Positions 26,718 to 40,357 of a stretch of 64,000 nucleotides of DNA are shown here, piece after piece. Both the position numbers and the translations under genes were made by a program. Below the pieces are notes generated by a model, which worked only from the letters and a program-made list of their open reading frames with translations, searched no databases and was not told the origin of the DNA. Origin of the DNA: Squalus acanthias (lineage: Eukaryota); assembly GCA_030390025.1 (NCBI GenBank), contig CM059432.1, forward strand, positions 131,566,001 to 131,630,000, in the 5' to 3' direction. Numbering within the stretch: the stretch's first letter is position 1; every line of letters begins with the position of its first letter.

Positions 26718-26890
26718 CTTGTGCAAGATCAGTTGAATACAATTGATGACGATTTTGTCAGCCTACAGAAAAGGTGGTATAGTTCATCCAATGTGTCAAG
26801 TGAGTCGAAAGCATTCTTTGAAACAGAATTTAGCCTGATAGGCCAAAGACTGAAGAATGGCAGTGATTTTTCTTCAGCCTATTTAGAGAG
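26718..26890 (+). CDS. DSP: Desmoplakin exon (exon 16 equivalent), 173 nt
   Basis: tgacAG acceptor; LVQDQLNTIDDDF...FETEFSLIGQRLKNGSDFSSAYLE; donor GTGAGA, phase 2. Confidence 0.88.
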
Positions 26891-27356
26891 GTGAGAGGGA
26901 GTAAATGATAACCATATATGTAAATAATTTGAATGAAACCGCAACAGATACTATGCATGTATAAATGTACTTTACAATAGCATAAATGTCAAAAACTCAT
27001 GCAAATACATGGCTTTTCTTTATTTTATATAAATCTTGCGTCTAGTGTAGACATTCCACGATGGGTTTTCTAACGGGTAGCCAGAAGTTTCAAGGAGCTA
27101 CAACTGCCATCTAATTGACATCAGGCTTTTACAATAAACAATTTCCCTGCAGTTGCCTGTTTAGACCACTTTCCCAGAAGGAGTACTTAAGCTGTGCCCT
27201 TATAGGGAACGGGCCAGGTTAAACTCAGAATATCAGGTTAAACATATCAGAACTGTGATCCAGATTACCTGTGAACAACACCACAGGAGATTTGCTAGTC
27301 TATCGTTTATACATCTAAAAAAAAGTTCCATTACACTTCAGATGCCACATTTTATT

Positions 27357-27862
27357 CAGCCTCGGATCTGCGGGTAAGCGTTCTCCAAGGCAGCCTTCGG
27401 GATACACGACAGCGCAAAATCATAGAGCAGAAACTGATAGCCAAGTTCCGCACTCATGAGGATGGCCTCAATCGCGATATCGGGTTCATGTCACGATACA
27501 GAACGTGACTTGACATCATGGCCGGTCTTTCCAGCTTTTTAAAAAAAAACTAACAAGAACCAACACAAATGGAGAGGATATGCAGCCAGCAGGTGTTTTG
27601 ACACGTTGGACCCCCTGGGACACATCTCATTGTCTTGGCTGTGCTCTGAGTGTGTCTTTGATGTAGGGAAAGATTTGAATAGATTTTTTTCTGTGTTTAT
27701 ATTGTGAATTCTGGGAGATTCTCTCACAGCTACCCTACCTGAAGAAGGAGCGACAGCTCCGAAAGCTTGTAAAATTAAATAAATCTGTTGGACTATAACC
27801 TGGTGTTGTGCGACTTCTCATTTTTGTCCACCCCAGTCCAACGCCGGCATCTCCGCATTATG
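27357..27862 (+). mobile_element. Penelope-like element 3' fragment (second family)
   Basis: DLRVSVLQGSLRDTRQRKIIEQKLIAKFRTHEDGLNRD endonuclease C-terminus; CCTGAAGAAGGAGC...CCGAAAGCTTG tail; ACATTTTATT direct repeats at 27347-27356 and 27863-27872. Confidence 0.75.
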
Positions 27863-28669
27863 ACATTTTATTACAGATGCAAAACAATCACTCTTTTTTT
27901 AAAAAAAAAGTTAAAATGGAGAAAGAAAGCCAGTTATTCCCTGCTGCTGCAAGATTGAGACAGTCACCCTTTCATTGAGCTAAGGAGCTGCTGAAAAGGA
28001 ATTGACCTCTAATTGAATTTTGGATTTGTAATTGGAGCTTGTGGCCTTAAAATGATATGCCATGCTACATAGCGCTGCACCTTAGAAGCAGAATAATGTG
28101 CGTTACTTGGTATAATGTATAATGTTGCTGTCCTTTTATTAAAGAGTGACTTACCATGAGCAATCCGCTAGTTTGTTATATTTGTACTTCAACTTTTTTT
28201 TACCTGGTCCCCTCCCTGTTTAGATTTTCACTCCTCCTGTTTACTATGCTCATAGGACTGGGACCGATCCGATTAAACTACACTGTTTCAAATGTTGTTC
28301 CATACATTTACCACAGTGGAATGGGAATTATATTTAAGTAATGCAAGGTTTCTGTCCACCTTTCCTGCAGTGGAGATCTCCATTGACACAAATTACTCAT
28401 CTGGTTATCTGAAGACTTAATTGAAGTGACTCAAGTTTCAATGACAATTAAACCTGCCATTTTCAATTGGATTCTCCAAGTAATGGTCCAGATTGTTAAA
28501 CCTGGAACTGTGCCACCCTTGTAAATTCACAATTACTGTAAATCTGAAAATGTTAGTATTTTAAATAATTGACCGAAATAGGTGGCAAAAGACTTTTATG
28601 CTAAGTTTATACGATCTAAGAGATTGAACTGTTGCATATTACAATTGAATGTTTTTCAACATGCGTTAT

Positions 28670-29238
28670 TTCCCTCCTCTCCATCACCAAGACCGCCTAC
28701 TTCCATCTCCGTAACATTGCCTGTCTCCGCCCCTGCCTCAGCTCATCTGCTGCTGAAACTCTCATCCGCGCCTGTTGCCTCTGGACTTGAGTATTCCAAT
28801 TCTTGCCTGGCCAGCTTCCCACCTTGCACCCTCCGTAAAGTTGAACTCATCCAAAACTCTGCTGCCCGTATCCTAAGTCGTCCCAAGTCCCGTTCACCCA
28901 TCACCCCTGTGCTCCCTGACCTACATTGGCTCCCGGTCCAGCAACGCCTCAATTTCAAAATTCTCATCCTTGTTTTCAAATCCGTCCGTGGCCTCACCCC
29001 TCCCTATCTCTCTAACCTCCTCCAGCCTATAACCCTACGATATCTGTGCTGCACCAATTCTGGCCTCTTGCACATCCCCGATATTCTTTGCACCACCATT
29101 GGTGTCCGTGCCTTCAGCTGCCTAGGCCCTAAACTCTGCAATTTCCTGCATAAACCCCTCCAACTCTCTAGCTCTCCTTCCTCCTTTAAGACTCTCCTTA
29201 AAACCTACCTCTTTGACCAAGCTTTTGGTCACCTATCT
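28670..29238 (+). mobile_element. L2 LINE RT C-terminal fragment
   Basis: LIQNSAARILSRPKSRSPITPVLPDLHWLPVQQRLNFKIL...FKTLLKTYLFDQAF. Confidence 0.88.
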
Positions 29239-29239
29239 T

Positions 29240-30302
29240 GAAGCAAAGGGTAATGGTCAACGGGTGTTTTTGTGACTGGAAGGCTGTTTCCAGTGGGGTT
29301 CCGCAGGGCTCAGTACTGGGTCCCCTGCTTTTTGTGGTGTGTATATATCAATGATTTCGACTTCAATGTAGGGGGCATGATTAAGAAGTTTGCAGATGAT
29401 TCAAAAATTGGCCGTGTGGTTGATAGTGAGGAACTTGGCTGTAAACTGCAGGAAGATATCAATGGACTGGTCAGGTGGGCAGAAAAGTGGGAAATGGAAT
29501 TCAATCTGGAGAAGTGTGAGGGAATGCATTTGGGGAGGGCTAACAAGGCAAGGGAATACACAATAAATGGTAGGATACTTAGAAATGTAGAGGAACAGAG
29601 GGACCTTGGAGTGCATGTCCACAGATCCCCGAAGGTAGCAGGACAGGTAGACAAGGTGGTTAAGAAGGGATACAAGATGCTTTCCTTTATTAGCCGAGGT
29701 ATAGAATGTAAGAGCAGAGAGGTTATGCTAGAACTGTATAAAACACTACTTAGGCCACAGCTAGAGTACCGTGTACAGTTCTGGTCACATTACAGGAAAG
29801 ATGTGATTGCACTAGAGAGAGAGTACAAAGGAGATTTACGAGGATGTTGCCAGGACTGGAGAATTTTAGCTATTAGGAAAGACTGGATAGGCTGGGGTTG
29901 TTTTCTTTGGAACAGAGGAGGCTGAGGGGCGATTTAATTGAAGTGTATAAAATTATGAGTGACCTAGATAGAGGGATAGGAAGCACTTAATTCTTTTGCA
30001 GAGAGATCAATAACCAGTGGGCATAGATTTAAAGTAATTGGTTGAAGGATTAGAGAGGAGTTGAGAAGAAATTTTTTCAGCCAGAGGGCAGTGGGGGTCT
30101 GGAACACTGTCTGAAAGGGTGGTAGAAGCAGAAACCCTCATCACATCACATTTTAAAAAGTACTTAGCTATGCACTTGAAGTGCCGTAACTGCAAGGCTA
30201 CGGACCAAGAGCTGGAAAGTGGGATTAGGCTGGATAGCTCTTTTTTGACCGGCGCACACGATGGGCCGAATGGCTTCCTTCTGTGCCGTAAATTTCTATG
30301 AT
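29240..30302 (+). mobile_element. CR1 LINE 3' fragment
   Basis: YINDFD...KKFADDSKIG...LYKTLLRPQLEY; GGGCCGAATGGCTTCCTTCTGTG tail. Confidence 0.9.
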
Positions 30303-30999
30303 ATCTCCTTATGTCGCTCTTGTGAAGAAAAATATTCCATCAGTACAGGTGACTGGTACTGATGCATCCTGGGAAGTTATGGATACTGTACATGTGCAGA
30401 CTGCATAATCCAAATTCAAGCCACAGTGTCACTATTGGACAAAAATGGCCAGTGCTGTGACTCTGGTTTGAATTTGGCTCATGCTTTTTCTAGAGGCTGA
30501 GACCATCAAGTAAATATTTTAATGAAGGTATTTAAATACACAAAATGGATACATTTAAATGTGCTATTATGACATTTTAAAAATTTTGTTCAAACCCCTA
30601 TTTTGGACGTTCTAGTTTGAGGAAAAACAGCTGAAATTTTTTTTTTAGAAAGCATTTTGAGCAATCTGTGGGAATCTGGCAGCCTGATTATGCAATCAGA
30701 GTGATGAGTCTACATAGGCAAAACCTATTCTAAATAGGGACATGGGAATTTATAATAGGAAGAAGCTATATCATTACAACTGAATCAAAAGTATATCCAT
30801 ACTGCTTTATTGTAACTTAACCAAAAGAGGATATTCTGGAATTTTATTGATTTTTAAATCAGCAGTGATATGGACCTTTGCAGAATTCACTGTTCTAAAA
30901 TTTTGTGGAAACCACGTTGGAATGTTATTTGAGAGTCAGGCTTAATGATTTGTTTTTATTTTTTGCATGAAAGCACTAATTGCATTTATTTATTTTTAG

Positions 31000-31138
31000 A
31001 ATGAAAGCATTGAGGTTACTCTTTCAAAATATCCTTGAAGTGGAGGACGTGATAAAAGTTTATGAAGCTAGACTAACTGAAGAGGAAACAGTCCCAATAA
31101 GTTTGGATAAAATAGAGTCTTACAGAATCACTCTGAAG
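31000..31138 (+). CDS. DSP: Desmoplakin exon (exon 17 equivalent), 139 nt
   Basis: ttttAG acceptor; MKALRLLFQNILEVEDVIKVYEARLTEEETVPISLDKIESYRITLK; donor GTAAAT. Confidence 0.95.
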
Positions 31139-33628
31139 GTAAATAGAATCATAACTTATTGGGTGGATGGTAATTTGGTGGAGCGGATTGAGCACCCATA
31201 GTAGAACCTGCCCTATTTTCATCTCCTTGATTTCTACAATGGGCACGCGATCTACTCTACTGGATTACCACTCGGGTAGTGAAGGTGAAAATTACCCCCA
31301 TTAACTCTTACTGGAGTACATCTCAATAAACATTTGTACCCCCTCCAGTACAAAGTGATCATTCTTTGTGTGAAAGCCGAAACCGTGAGTGTTATATTAT
31401 TCAACTGTGCAGGGGATCACCTGAGCCTGTACTCTCTCCACATACGTACACTTTTCAATAGGGGTCACTGGATCAGCAGCAGGTTACTGCTTTTTTTACC
31501 CCCCTCCCATGCTACCTAGTTAAGAATGTTAATTTTGCAATATTACAAAGGCTGCAGTCCTGTGCCTGTATGCCAAGAATGAATTCAAGACGCAGTCAAA
31601 CACTTGAAGGCTTATTAAAGGATAAATGAACCAACATTGAGATTACATTAGATACGGTCGTGGAAGGTACACACATTACAGCCAGTTGAGCCCAATTCTC
31701 CAGATGCCTCCCTTCTTCATCTCCCAACCTCACATTACAATGGTATCGATTTTATGCTCTGCTAAAAGGCCATTACATCACCTCCTCCATGACCTTCACT
31801 CTTGGTTTTACATGAGATATTATTAGCTTAACAAACCAAGACTCAAAAAGGCTCCACAGCATGGATCTCAGGACATAACATAAACTACCTTATCTATTTA
31901 CATGTACAGAAAAGAATAAACACACAGATTTATCCATGAGAAGATTAGAACTATCCACGGCTATTTTATGACAACATTTACAGCCTTACAGATATTGTCA
32001 GTCAGCTACATTTGCAGATTTTTTTAATTCTAAGATTTGAAATATAGAAATAAAAATGGAAGCAATATAATGATTCCTTCATGTAAAGTGGATTTCTTAG
32101 AAATTAAAATTGAGAAATAGTTAACATACAATTTCCCTCAGTGATGTTGGGTAATACTCCAACTGCCTTGGCTGAAATCAGATTATTCAACATAGGCCAT
32201 AAATCAAACCTGGATTCTTCTAGTCTATATGGCATAGTTTGACATTGCACAGTACCTTTACCGAATAAACCATTAAGTGGAGAGTAGAGGATCACTACAC
32301 TAATTTAAAAAAAAACAAAAGTGATCTCTGATAAATCTTGAAGAAAGTAATTATTGCTTTCTGAGGTCTTGTATTTATATTTTGTTTCCCTATGGTCTCT
32401 TATATTTTCCTAACTTTCACATTTTACCCCTCTTCTAAAAGTGCCAACTCCTGCTGGGTTACAATTTCATGGCGGCTTTCTGACAACTTGTCCATGTCCG
32501 TTCATGGTGTATAAGTCTGCAAGGTGTGTGTTGGTGGACAGTTTGATCGTCTCGGCTGTTGCAGCTAAGCCTGATCCTTCACCCAGTGTCCACACACAAT
32601 TGCTTGCATTAGCTATTGGTGCAGGAAACCTAGCTGACATTTTTACTTCCCTAGCCTGGGGATCAAAGGGTTTTCCAACACCATTAGTGTCCTTTTTTTT
32701 TTCAATTACTGAACAAGTTAATGAATTTAAGCATCTTAATTATCTTCTGTCTAGGAGTCTCTCTTTAATTGCAAAAATACACTTTTGCTTAAAAAAATAA
32801 TTTTCTAATCTTGTGTGTGGAAATAAATGGTCAAAACATCCTGAAACCTAACTGATGTATTTGTTGTCTGTTTTAAATGCATATTTTGCATCAGCTTTTA
32901 AACAGCCTTTAAAGAAAGAACAGAATTGACTTGCATTTTATAAAGCACATTTCACATCTTCCTGACTGTTCTGCCCTAAGAGAGAGAAAGAAAGATTTGC
33001 ATTTCTAAAGTGCCTTTCACGACCTCGGGATGTCCCAATGCTCCTTGCAGCCAATGAAGTACTTTTGAAGTGCAGTCACTGTTGTAATGTAGGAATAACA
33101 TCGCTTCCAGGTCCTGCCCACAAACCATGAGTGGCAGAAGATATTAGGCGGGCATTTCAATGGTATTTAGAAGGACTAGAGGGGAAAAAGGATGTCGCTC
33201 CTCTCCCAAACCTGCTACATCAGCACCTCCACGACAGAATCTGAAAACCTCGGGTGCCTGCAGGTACTCTGCCTGAACCCAGACATCTTCCTGCAGCTCT
33301 GTAAGGTTCCTTCAGTACTTTGGCCAGACCCTTTCAGCTGCTGCAGGACCTTAAGAACTTTCAGCAGCACCCAATTTCCTGCCACCCTGCCCCCAATCAG
33401 TGAGCTGCCAATGCTAAGCACACTTTGAGTTAGCAGCACACTTAAGTTATCTGAATGAGGGGGAACCCAGAAAATGGGACAAGTTTCCTCCAACCTGATT
33501 GGGTGACTGCGTGTCTCATCCTGCCCATCTTCTGCCAGTTTTATGCTGGCAGTCTTCGATTAGCCTGCATTAATGTTTGTGCTAAAAGCCAAACTGCAAC
33601 CTGGAAGTCTTGCATTTTCTTTTTTATC

Positions 33629-34310
33629 ATTGGCCCGTATTTTCCGATCGGAGGCCTCCGATCTGGAAAAAATGTACGCCCTTACCTGAGGGCTCCAGAG
33701 GTCCGGCCATTTCCGCTCCTGGGCCTCTGCTCTACGAAATGCGCAGGGCCCAGGTATCCCAGGGGCGCATGCGGTTCGCAAGCGTCCCTGGGATCACGTG
33801 GGTCAGGCGAGCCAATGAAAGAAGGGAATCTCCCTTCATACAGATAGACCTGTCAAAAGTATGAATGGAGATCACTCCAAAAAAAAATCAAAACATTAAA
33901 AAAAATTTAAATCACATTTTTAAAATTAGTTAAAATTACATTAAATTAAATATTTAAAACATTTAATTTTTGGGGAAAAAAATTAGTTTTTTTACGGGGC
34001 TAAAAATAAACTTACCTTTTTGTAAAAGTATTTTTAAATTATAAATGAGGGGGAAAAACATTTCTTTCACTTTTTTAAAACTCTTATGCTGGTAAAAGCA
34101 GGCCTTACGCCTGCTTTTACCAGGCGTAAGATTTTTAAGGGATTTCAGCGGGCAGAGGTTCTGCAGAAAGTGGAACTCTCCACCCGCAGAGGCCCTTCTC
34201 CAGGGCAGGCGTGCGATCTGCCAAGAGGATTCTTGACAGATCGGAAGTGCCGGTTTTCAGTGCATGCATAGCTTGTACACACCCGTAGGGATCGGAAAAT
34301 ACGGGCCAAT
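33629..34310. mobile_element. PIF/Harbinger-type MITE
   Basis: Perfect 21 nt TIR ATTGGCCCGTATTTTCCGATC at both ends, flanked by ATC (33626-33628 and 34311-34313). Confidence 0.8.
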
Positions 34311-34360
34311 ATCTTATTAAAAAGCAGCTTTTAACATTAATTTTTTGCACTTTATCTTAG

Positions 34361-34554
34361 AAAATGAAGAGTGAACTGGATCAGAAGAAGAACTTAATGA
34401 CATCGATGCATCAAAATATGCAGGAAACCCTACGTATCAATGATGACATAATGCCGTCTTTCTACAAGTGTGATATAGATCTGACTAAATACAACAAGAA
34501 AGTCATGCACCTATCGGACCGATGGCAGAGGATTTACAAAGAAATCGATAGCAG
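34361..34554 (+). CDS. DSP: Desmoplakin exon (exon 18 equivalent), 194 nt
   Basis: tcttAG acceptor; KMKSELDQKKNLM...DIDLTKYNKKVMHLSDRWQRIYKEIDS; donor GTTGAG. Confidence 0.93.
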
Positions 34555-34569
34555 GTTGAGTATTGCTTA

Positions 34570-36435
34570 GTCATACAGCACAGAAAGAGGCCCATCGTGT
34601 CCGCGCCGGCCATCAAGCCCTGTCTATTCTAATCCCATTTTCCAGCACTTGGTCCGTAGCCTTGTATGCTATGGCGTTTCAAGTGCTCATCTAAATGCTT
34701 CTTGCATGTTGTGAGGGTTCCTGCCTCTACCACACTTTCAGGCAGTGAGTTCCAGATTCCAACCACCCTCTGGGTGAAAAAGTTTTTCCTCAAAATCCCC
34801 TCTAAACCTCCTGCCCCTTACCTTGAAACTATGCCCCCTGGTTATTGACCCCTCTATTAAGGGGAAAAGTTCCTTTCTATCTACCCTATCTATGCCCCTC
34901 ATAATTTTGTACACCTCAATCAGGTCCCCCCTCAGCCTTCTCTGCTCTAAGGAAAACAACCCCAGACTGTCCAGTCTCTCTTCATAGCTGAAGCGCTCCA
35001 GCCCAGGTAACATCCTGGTGAATCTCCTCTGCACCCTCTCCAGTGCAATCACATTCTTCCTATAGTGCGGCGACCAGAACTGCACACAGTATTCCAGCTG
35101 TGGCCTAACTAGCATTTTGTACAGCTCCATCATAACCTCCCTGCTCTTATATTCTATGCCTCGGCTAATGAAGGCAAGTATCCCATATGCCTTTTTAACC
35201 ACCTTATCTGCCTGTCCTGCTGCCTTCAGGGATCTATGTACATGCACACCAAGGTCCCTCTGAACCTCTGTCCTTCCTAGGGTCCTACCATTCATGTGTA
35301 TTCCCTTGCCTTGTTAGTCCTCCCAAAATGCATCACCTCACACTTTTCAGGGTTAAATTCCATTTGCCACTGTTCTGCCCATCTAACCAACCCGTCTATC
35401 ATCCTGTAGCCTCAGGCTTCCCTCCTCGCTATTTACCACTCCACCAATTTTTGTGTCATCTGCGAACTTACTGATCATACCTCCTACATTCATATCTAAA
35501 TCATTAATGTACACTACAAACAGCAAAGGACCCAGCACCGATCCCTACGGTACACCACTGGACACAGGCTTCCAGTCACAAAAAACAACCTTCGACCATC
35601 ACCCTCTGCCTCCTGCCACTAAGCTAATTTCGGATCCAATGTGCCAAATTGCCCTGGATCCCATGGGCTCTTACCTTCTTGACCAGTCTCCCATGCGGGA
35701 CTTTGTCGAAAGCCTTACTGAAGTCCATGTAGACTACATCAACTGCACTACCCTCATCCACACACCTAGTCACCCCCTCGATAAATTCAATCAAATTGGT
35801 TAGACATGATCTCCCCCTGACAAAGCCATACTGACTATCCTTGATTAATCCTTGCCTCTCCAAGTGGAGACTAATTCTGTTCCTCAGAATTTTTTCCAAT
35901 AATTTCCCTACCACTGATGTTAGGCTCACTGGCCTGTAATTCCCTGGTTTATCCCTACTACCCTTCTTGAACAATGATACTACGTTAGCTGTTCTCCAGT
36001 CCTCTGGCACCTCCCCTGTGGCCAGAGAGGTTCTGAAAATTTGAGTCAGAGCCCCTGAAATCTCCTCCCTTGCCTCACAGCAGCCTGGGATACATCCCGT
36101 CAGGGCCTGGGGATTTATCCACTTTTAAGCCTGCTAAAACCGCTAGTACCTCCTCCCTCTCAATACTAATTTGTTCAAGTATATCACAATCCCCCTGCCT
36201 GATTGCTATGCCTACATCGTCCTTCTCCATATTGAACACAGATGCAAAATATTCATTTAAAACCTCACCTACATCTTCCGGCTCTATACACAGATTGCAA
36301 CTTTGGTCCCTAATTGGCCCTACTCTTTCCCTGGTTATCCTCTTGCCCTTAATATACTTATAAAACACCTTGGGATTTTCCTTTATTTTGCCCGCCAGTG
36401 TTTTTTCATGCCCCCTTTTCGCTCTCCTAATTTCT
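34570..36435 (-). mobile_element. CR1 LINE ORF2 (RT) fragment with 3' tail
   Basis: Minus ORFs PEDWRTANVVSLFKKG...MDFSKAFDKVPH and LVRPQLEYCVQFW. Confidence 0.93.
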
Positions 36436-37880
36436 ATACATATATTTTAAAAAAATTAAGTATATCAGTTTAGCTCTGTTAGTAGCCGTCTTGTCCCTGA
36501 ATCAAGAGATTGTAGGTTTAAGTTCCATATCATCAAGGATCTTGGAAGATTGAACTTGCCAAAGGACACAAATGGAACTGGGTTTCATAGATTGAGGAAA
36601 TGTTGATGATGCGTAAGATTGTGAAATATAACAGGAGCGAGAATTAATAGATTTAGTTGAATACTACTGAACAAGTCTGGCTCATTGTATCTGGTGATAG
36701 GTGTATGGTAACTATAACAAATACTGCTGAAAAATTGGTTGTCTCCACGAGTCTGACTTCGTGGCTGGGTAATTAGGATTTGAATTTTGAACGGTGGTCT
36801 TGCCATAGCGAGACAACACCTGCAAACAACCAGAAATTGAAGTAGTTTGCAGGAGATCAACAAAGGCATAGTGGACTTGGTAGGTCTTATTTAATCTGGG
36901 CAAGATCCTGGGTTATTTCTGCATTTCAGTTTCTATTCTTTTGTGGGTAGTGCAATAAGAGATGTCTGCAACAAATCCTGCCTTAATGAAGGTCTCCACC
37001 TTGGATGCAATGGCTTCTGGAGCTAGCGTGTATAGGCTTCGGCCACTCTAGTACCAAACATGTCGATCTGCACAGTCTTCTAGTAGAATGGCCACATTTC
37101 CCTCCTTTTGCTCTCATTCACTGATTCGAGACTGAGGCAACTCCAGGATGTTCCTTTGTAGTGGAGCCACCAGGGAAAGTGGAGCTTGAGACCCAGTGGT
37201 GGGGAAACATGGCAGTTGAGGAGGCTACAAGTTTATTAACAAAGGAATTAAGGATATTAAATCCTCTTTCCTTGGTCTCCTGCTTTGTAGATAGAGATGC
37301 TAGAAAGGGGCTTGGACAATCCCAAGCATTTCTCAAAAGTTGCAATGAGTATATCGATGGTGAACGTGAGAAAGTGTTGAGGGGTGCCGAGATCTGTAAT
37401 AAACAAGTAAAGATCTAATTTCCTTGTGTCCAACCTCGAGTTGAAACCCTCGGGTAGGGGTCCAAGTCTTTGGAGCACAATGCCCCAAAGTAAAGGGTGC
37501 TGAAGAGGACCAATATCCAGTGCTAGCTGCCCAATAAACCTGACTCTGACAGTGGACCTTTTCATTTGTGGGAGATTGTGATTTCAGCATAAAATCTAAA
37601 TGCTGGAGTAAGCAGTACATAATATATATCTTATTGTAAAGCTCAAGTTACTCATTCAAATAACTTCTCTCATACATGTACCTCCTGTAGCTGTTCCCAG
37701 CTAAAGCCCATAACATTTCTGAAGTTGTGATTAGAAACCTGTGTGTGCCAGCAATTTGGTTAGCTAATAATTTCCAAAGAAACCAGGTCACATTAATTTG
37801 TAGTCTAATCATAAAATTTTGTAATAGATTCATTATTATTCTCATGGAATTAGATTTATGTTTTTTTTTCCATTGTGCAG

Positions 37881-38043
37881 ATATTTGGACCTAGATAAAG
37901 AACATAGGCAGCTGAAAGACTATCGGGAGTTGTTCCAGAACCTTAGCAAATGGATTGATGTAACAAAATGCAAACAGGATGGGTTGCAGGTCAATAGATT
38001 TGGGGATACAAATGCCCTTATGGAGCAGCTAAATGAGCAAAAG
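37881..38043 (+). CDS. DSP: Desmoplakin exon (exon 19 equivalent), 163 nt
   Basis: gtgcAG acceptor; YLDLDKEHRQLKDYRELFQNLSKWID...QLNEQK; donor GTTTGT. Confidence 0.94.
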
Positions 38044-38854
38044 GTTTGTATGAAATTTAAGATCTTTTGTGCTTTACAGCCTACTTATAATTAATGGACA
38101 GATAACCATTATACATATGTATTGGTTTTAAGAGTTAAATCCAGACACCCCAATGTAATAAAATTTACAGATTAAGATTGTGCTATCACACTAAATGTGG
38201 AGAACAATTGCAATTAGCAGTGTTGCATATTTCCACAAAAAGTAAGATTTACAGTAAGACGTTTATTTTGTTTCGCGAGTATGATTAATCTCGCTACCCA
38301 TAGGATGGATAGTTTAAACAAATACACATTTTAAAAATGAGTCAGTCTTGTGCAGCATTTTTGCTGTTATCAAGGTTTTGTTTTTGTTGTTAACATGATC
38401 CAAGTCAGAGGAATGTCCAGTTGAAGTATTGGTTCATTTCATAATTCCTGTGCATGCTACACTTGTGTGCTGGAAGGAAACTTAAATTTCAATTTAAATA
38501 TTGGTCCGGATTTTGCGGTCAGCGATGAAAGAATGGCGCTTTCCGTTCACAATGCTGACAGCTGCCCACAGACTTCGTGAGCTTTTGAGCGGCAACTTAC
38601 TGTCATCGGGCATCTGATCCAGCACAGCGCTTTCTACAGGGGATCTATGGCAATCAGATTGAAGAATCCTCAGACACGCAGAATTTAAACCAGGAAGTAT
38701 AAATTAGATTTAAATCATGTACAGAAAGCAAAATAAAGAGCGGGGGAAGAAAGATGGGATTAAAAGAGACAAAGAAAATTTTTTTTTTAATTATTTAATT
38801 TAAAAAAAATCTCCAACACTAATTAAATTCTGAAGGAATGAGGCTCCACATTTG

Positions 38855-39300
38855 TTTAGGTTTAGGGAAGGAATTCCAGAGCTTTAGGCCTAGGCAGCTG
38901 AAGGCATAGTCGCCAATGGTGGAGCTTTTAAAATTGTGCGGCGCGAGAGGGGGGGGGGGGGGTGGGGTGGTGGGGGGAGTGCCACGGAGGGATTTGAAGA
39001 TAATTGAGGTTTATGTAGGGTGGAAGATGGGAGGTCGGCCAGGAGAACATTGGAATAGTCAAGTCTAGGGGAAACAAAGGCATGGATGAGGGTTTCAGCA
39101 GTGGATGAGCTGAGGCAGGGGCAGAATCAGGAGATGTAATGGAGGTGGAAGTAGGCGGTCTCGGTGATGGAGTGAATATGTGGTCGAAAGTTCATCTCGA
39201 GATCAAATACGACACCAAGATTGCGAACGGTCTGGTTCAGCCTCGGACAGTTACCAGCGAGAGGGATGGAGTTGGTGGCTAGGAAACAGAGTTTGCAGCG
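38855..39300 (-). mobile_element. L2 LINE RT fragment
   Basis: LNQTVRNLGVVFDLEMNFRPHIHSITETAYFHL on minus strand. Confidence 0.8.
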
Positions 39301-39876
39301 GTGTTGGCTGGGCCCCAGTGCTGCCAGATCTGGCTGAAGAACCTCTGCATGGAAAATCAAATTCCCTAAGAAAGCCAGTTTCCTTACAGCAGCTGACCAC
39401 TTTCGTGTAAGTAAACCAGCCTTTTGAAAATCTGGTGGACCCCAATTCTGCCACCTGGCAGTACTTGTGGCCTGCTTTGTGAAGGTGTACAGTACATAGG
39501 TGACACCAGATGCAGAACTGGTGGGCATTCCTACAGATTACAACAGTCCTGCTTCCTCTCTTTCTACGTCTGCTACAATGGGGAGGGTTCAGGAACCATT
39601 CGATCCCACTTCCTTCCCCAACAAAGAAACCACTTACACTGGAAAAGTGGGGATGACCTGGCGTAAATGAGTCATGCCACAAATTTGGACCCCAGCGAGA
39701 CCCTGCCCACCCCAATAATACCCCCACATTAACTTCAAGGAAACTTGGGGTGATACCCAACGTACATTTTCTGAGTTGATGTGAATCATTCCATTTTATA
39801 ATTGAGATGGACTGATTTTATTGAAAATATCTCCTTCCTGTTTGGGTGCTAATATACTTGTTTTATTGTTGAATAG

Positions 39877-39960
39877 AACTTGTACTCAGAAATAAAGAGT
39901 AAACGAGGCAATGTTGAAGACTACCAAAAACATGCAGACCTATGTGCAGCATCGGTAAAG
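39877..39960 (+). CDS. DSP: Desmoplakin exon (exon 20 equivalent), 84 nt
   Basis: gaatAG acceptor; NLYSEIKSKRGNVEDYQKHADLCAASVK; donor GTAAGA. Confidence 0.93.
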
Positions 39961-40051
39961 GTAAGAAACTCCAATATGGTCTAATAGGTGAATAATGTTT
40001 GTATGTGATATTGTGGGATGAGTCATGTACATAATCTTATTTATTGAACAG

Positions 40052-40159
40052 GATTATGAGCTACAATTAGCGTCATACAGTGCTGGCCTGGAAACGCTGC
40101 TTAATATTCCAATCAAGAGACAACTGACCCAATCGATTTCCACTACAATTCTTCATGAG
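40052..40159 (+). CDS. DSP: Desmoplakin exon (exon 21 equivalent), 108 nt
   Basis: gaacAG acceptor; DYELQLASYSAGLETLLNIPIKRQLTQSISTTILHE; donor GTATGT. Confidence 0.95.
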
Positions 40160-40357
40160 GTATGTAAAACATTTTCTTTTCTGTACTTTTGTTTAAAGCA
40201 GCAGTGCTCTGCAATCTATTTCCTAGTCTTAAGTTAAAGGCCAAAAATTACTGCTGGTGATATTAGTAACTGAATGCTTAACCCCTTCATATGACATTCT
40301 CTGTTCACTATTTTAACAGGGGCATGATCTGGTTTATTTAAACCCATTAAACATTTG

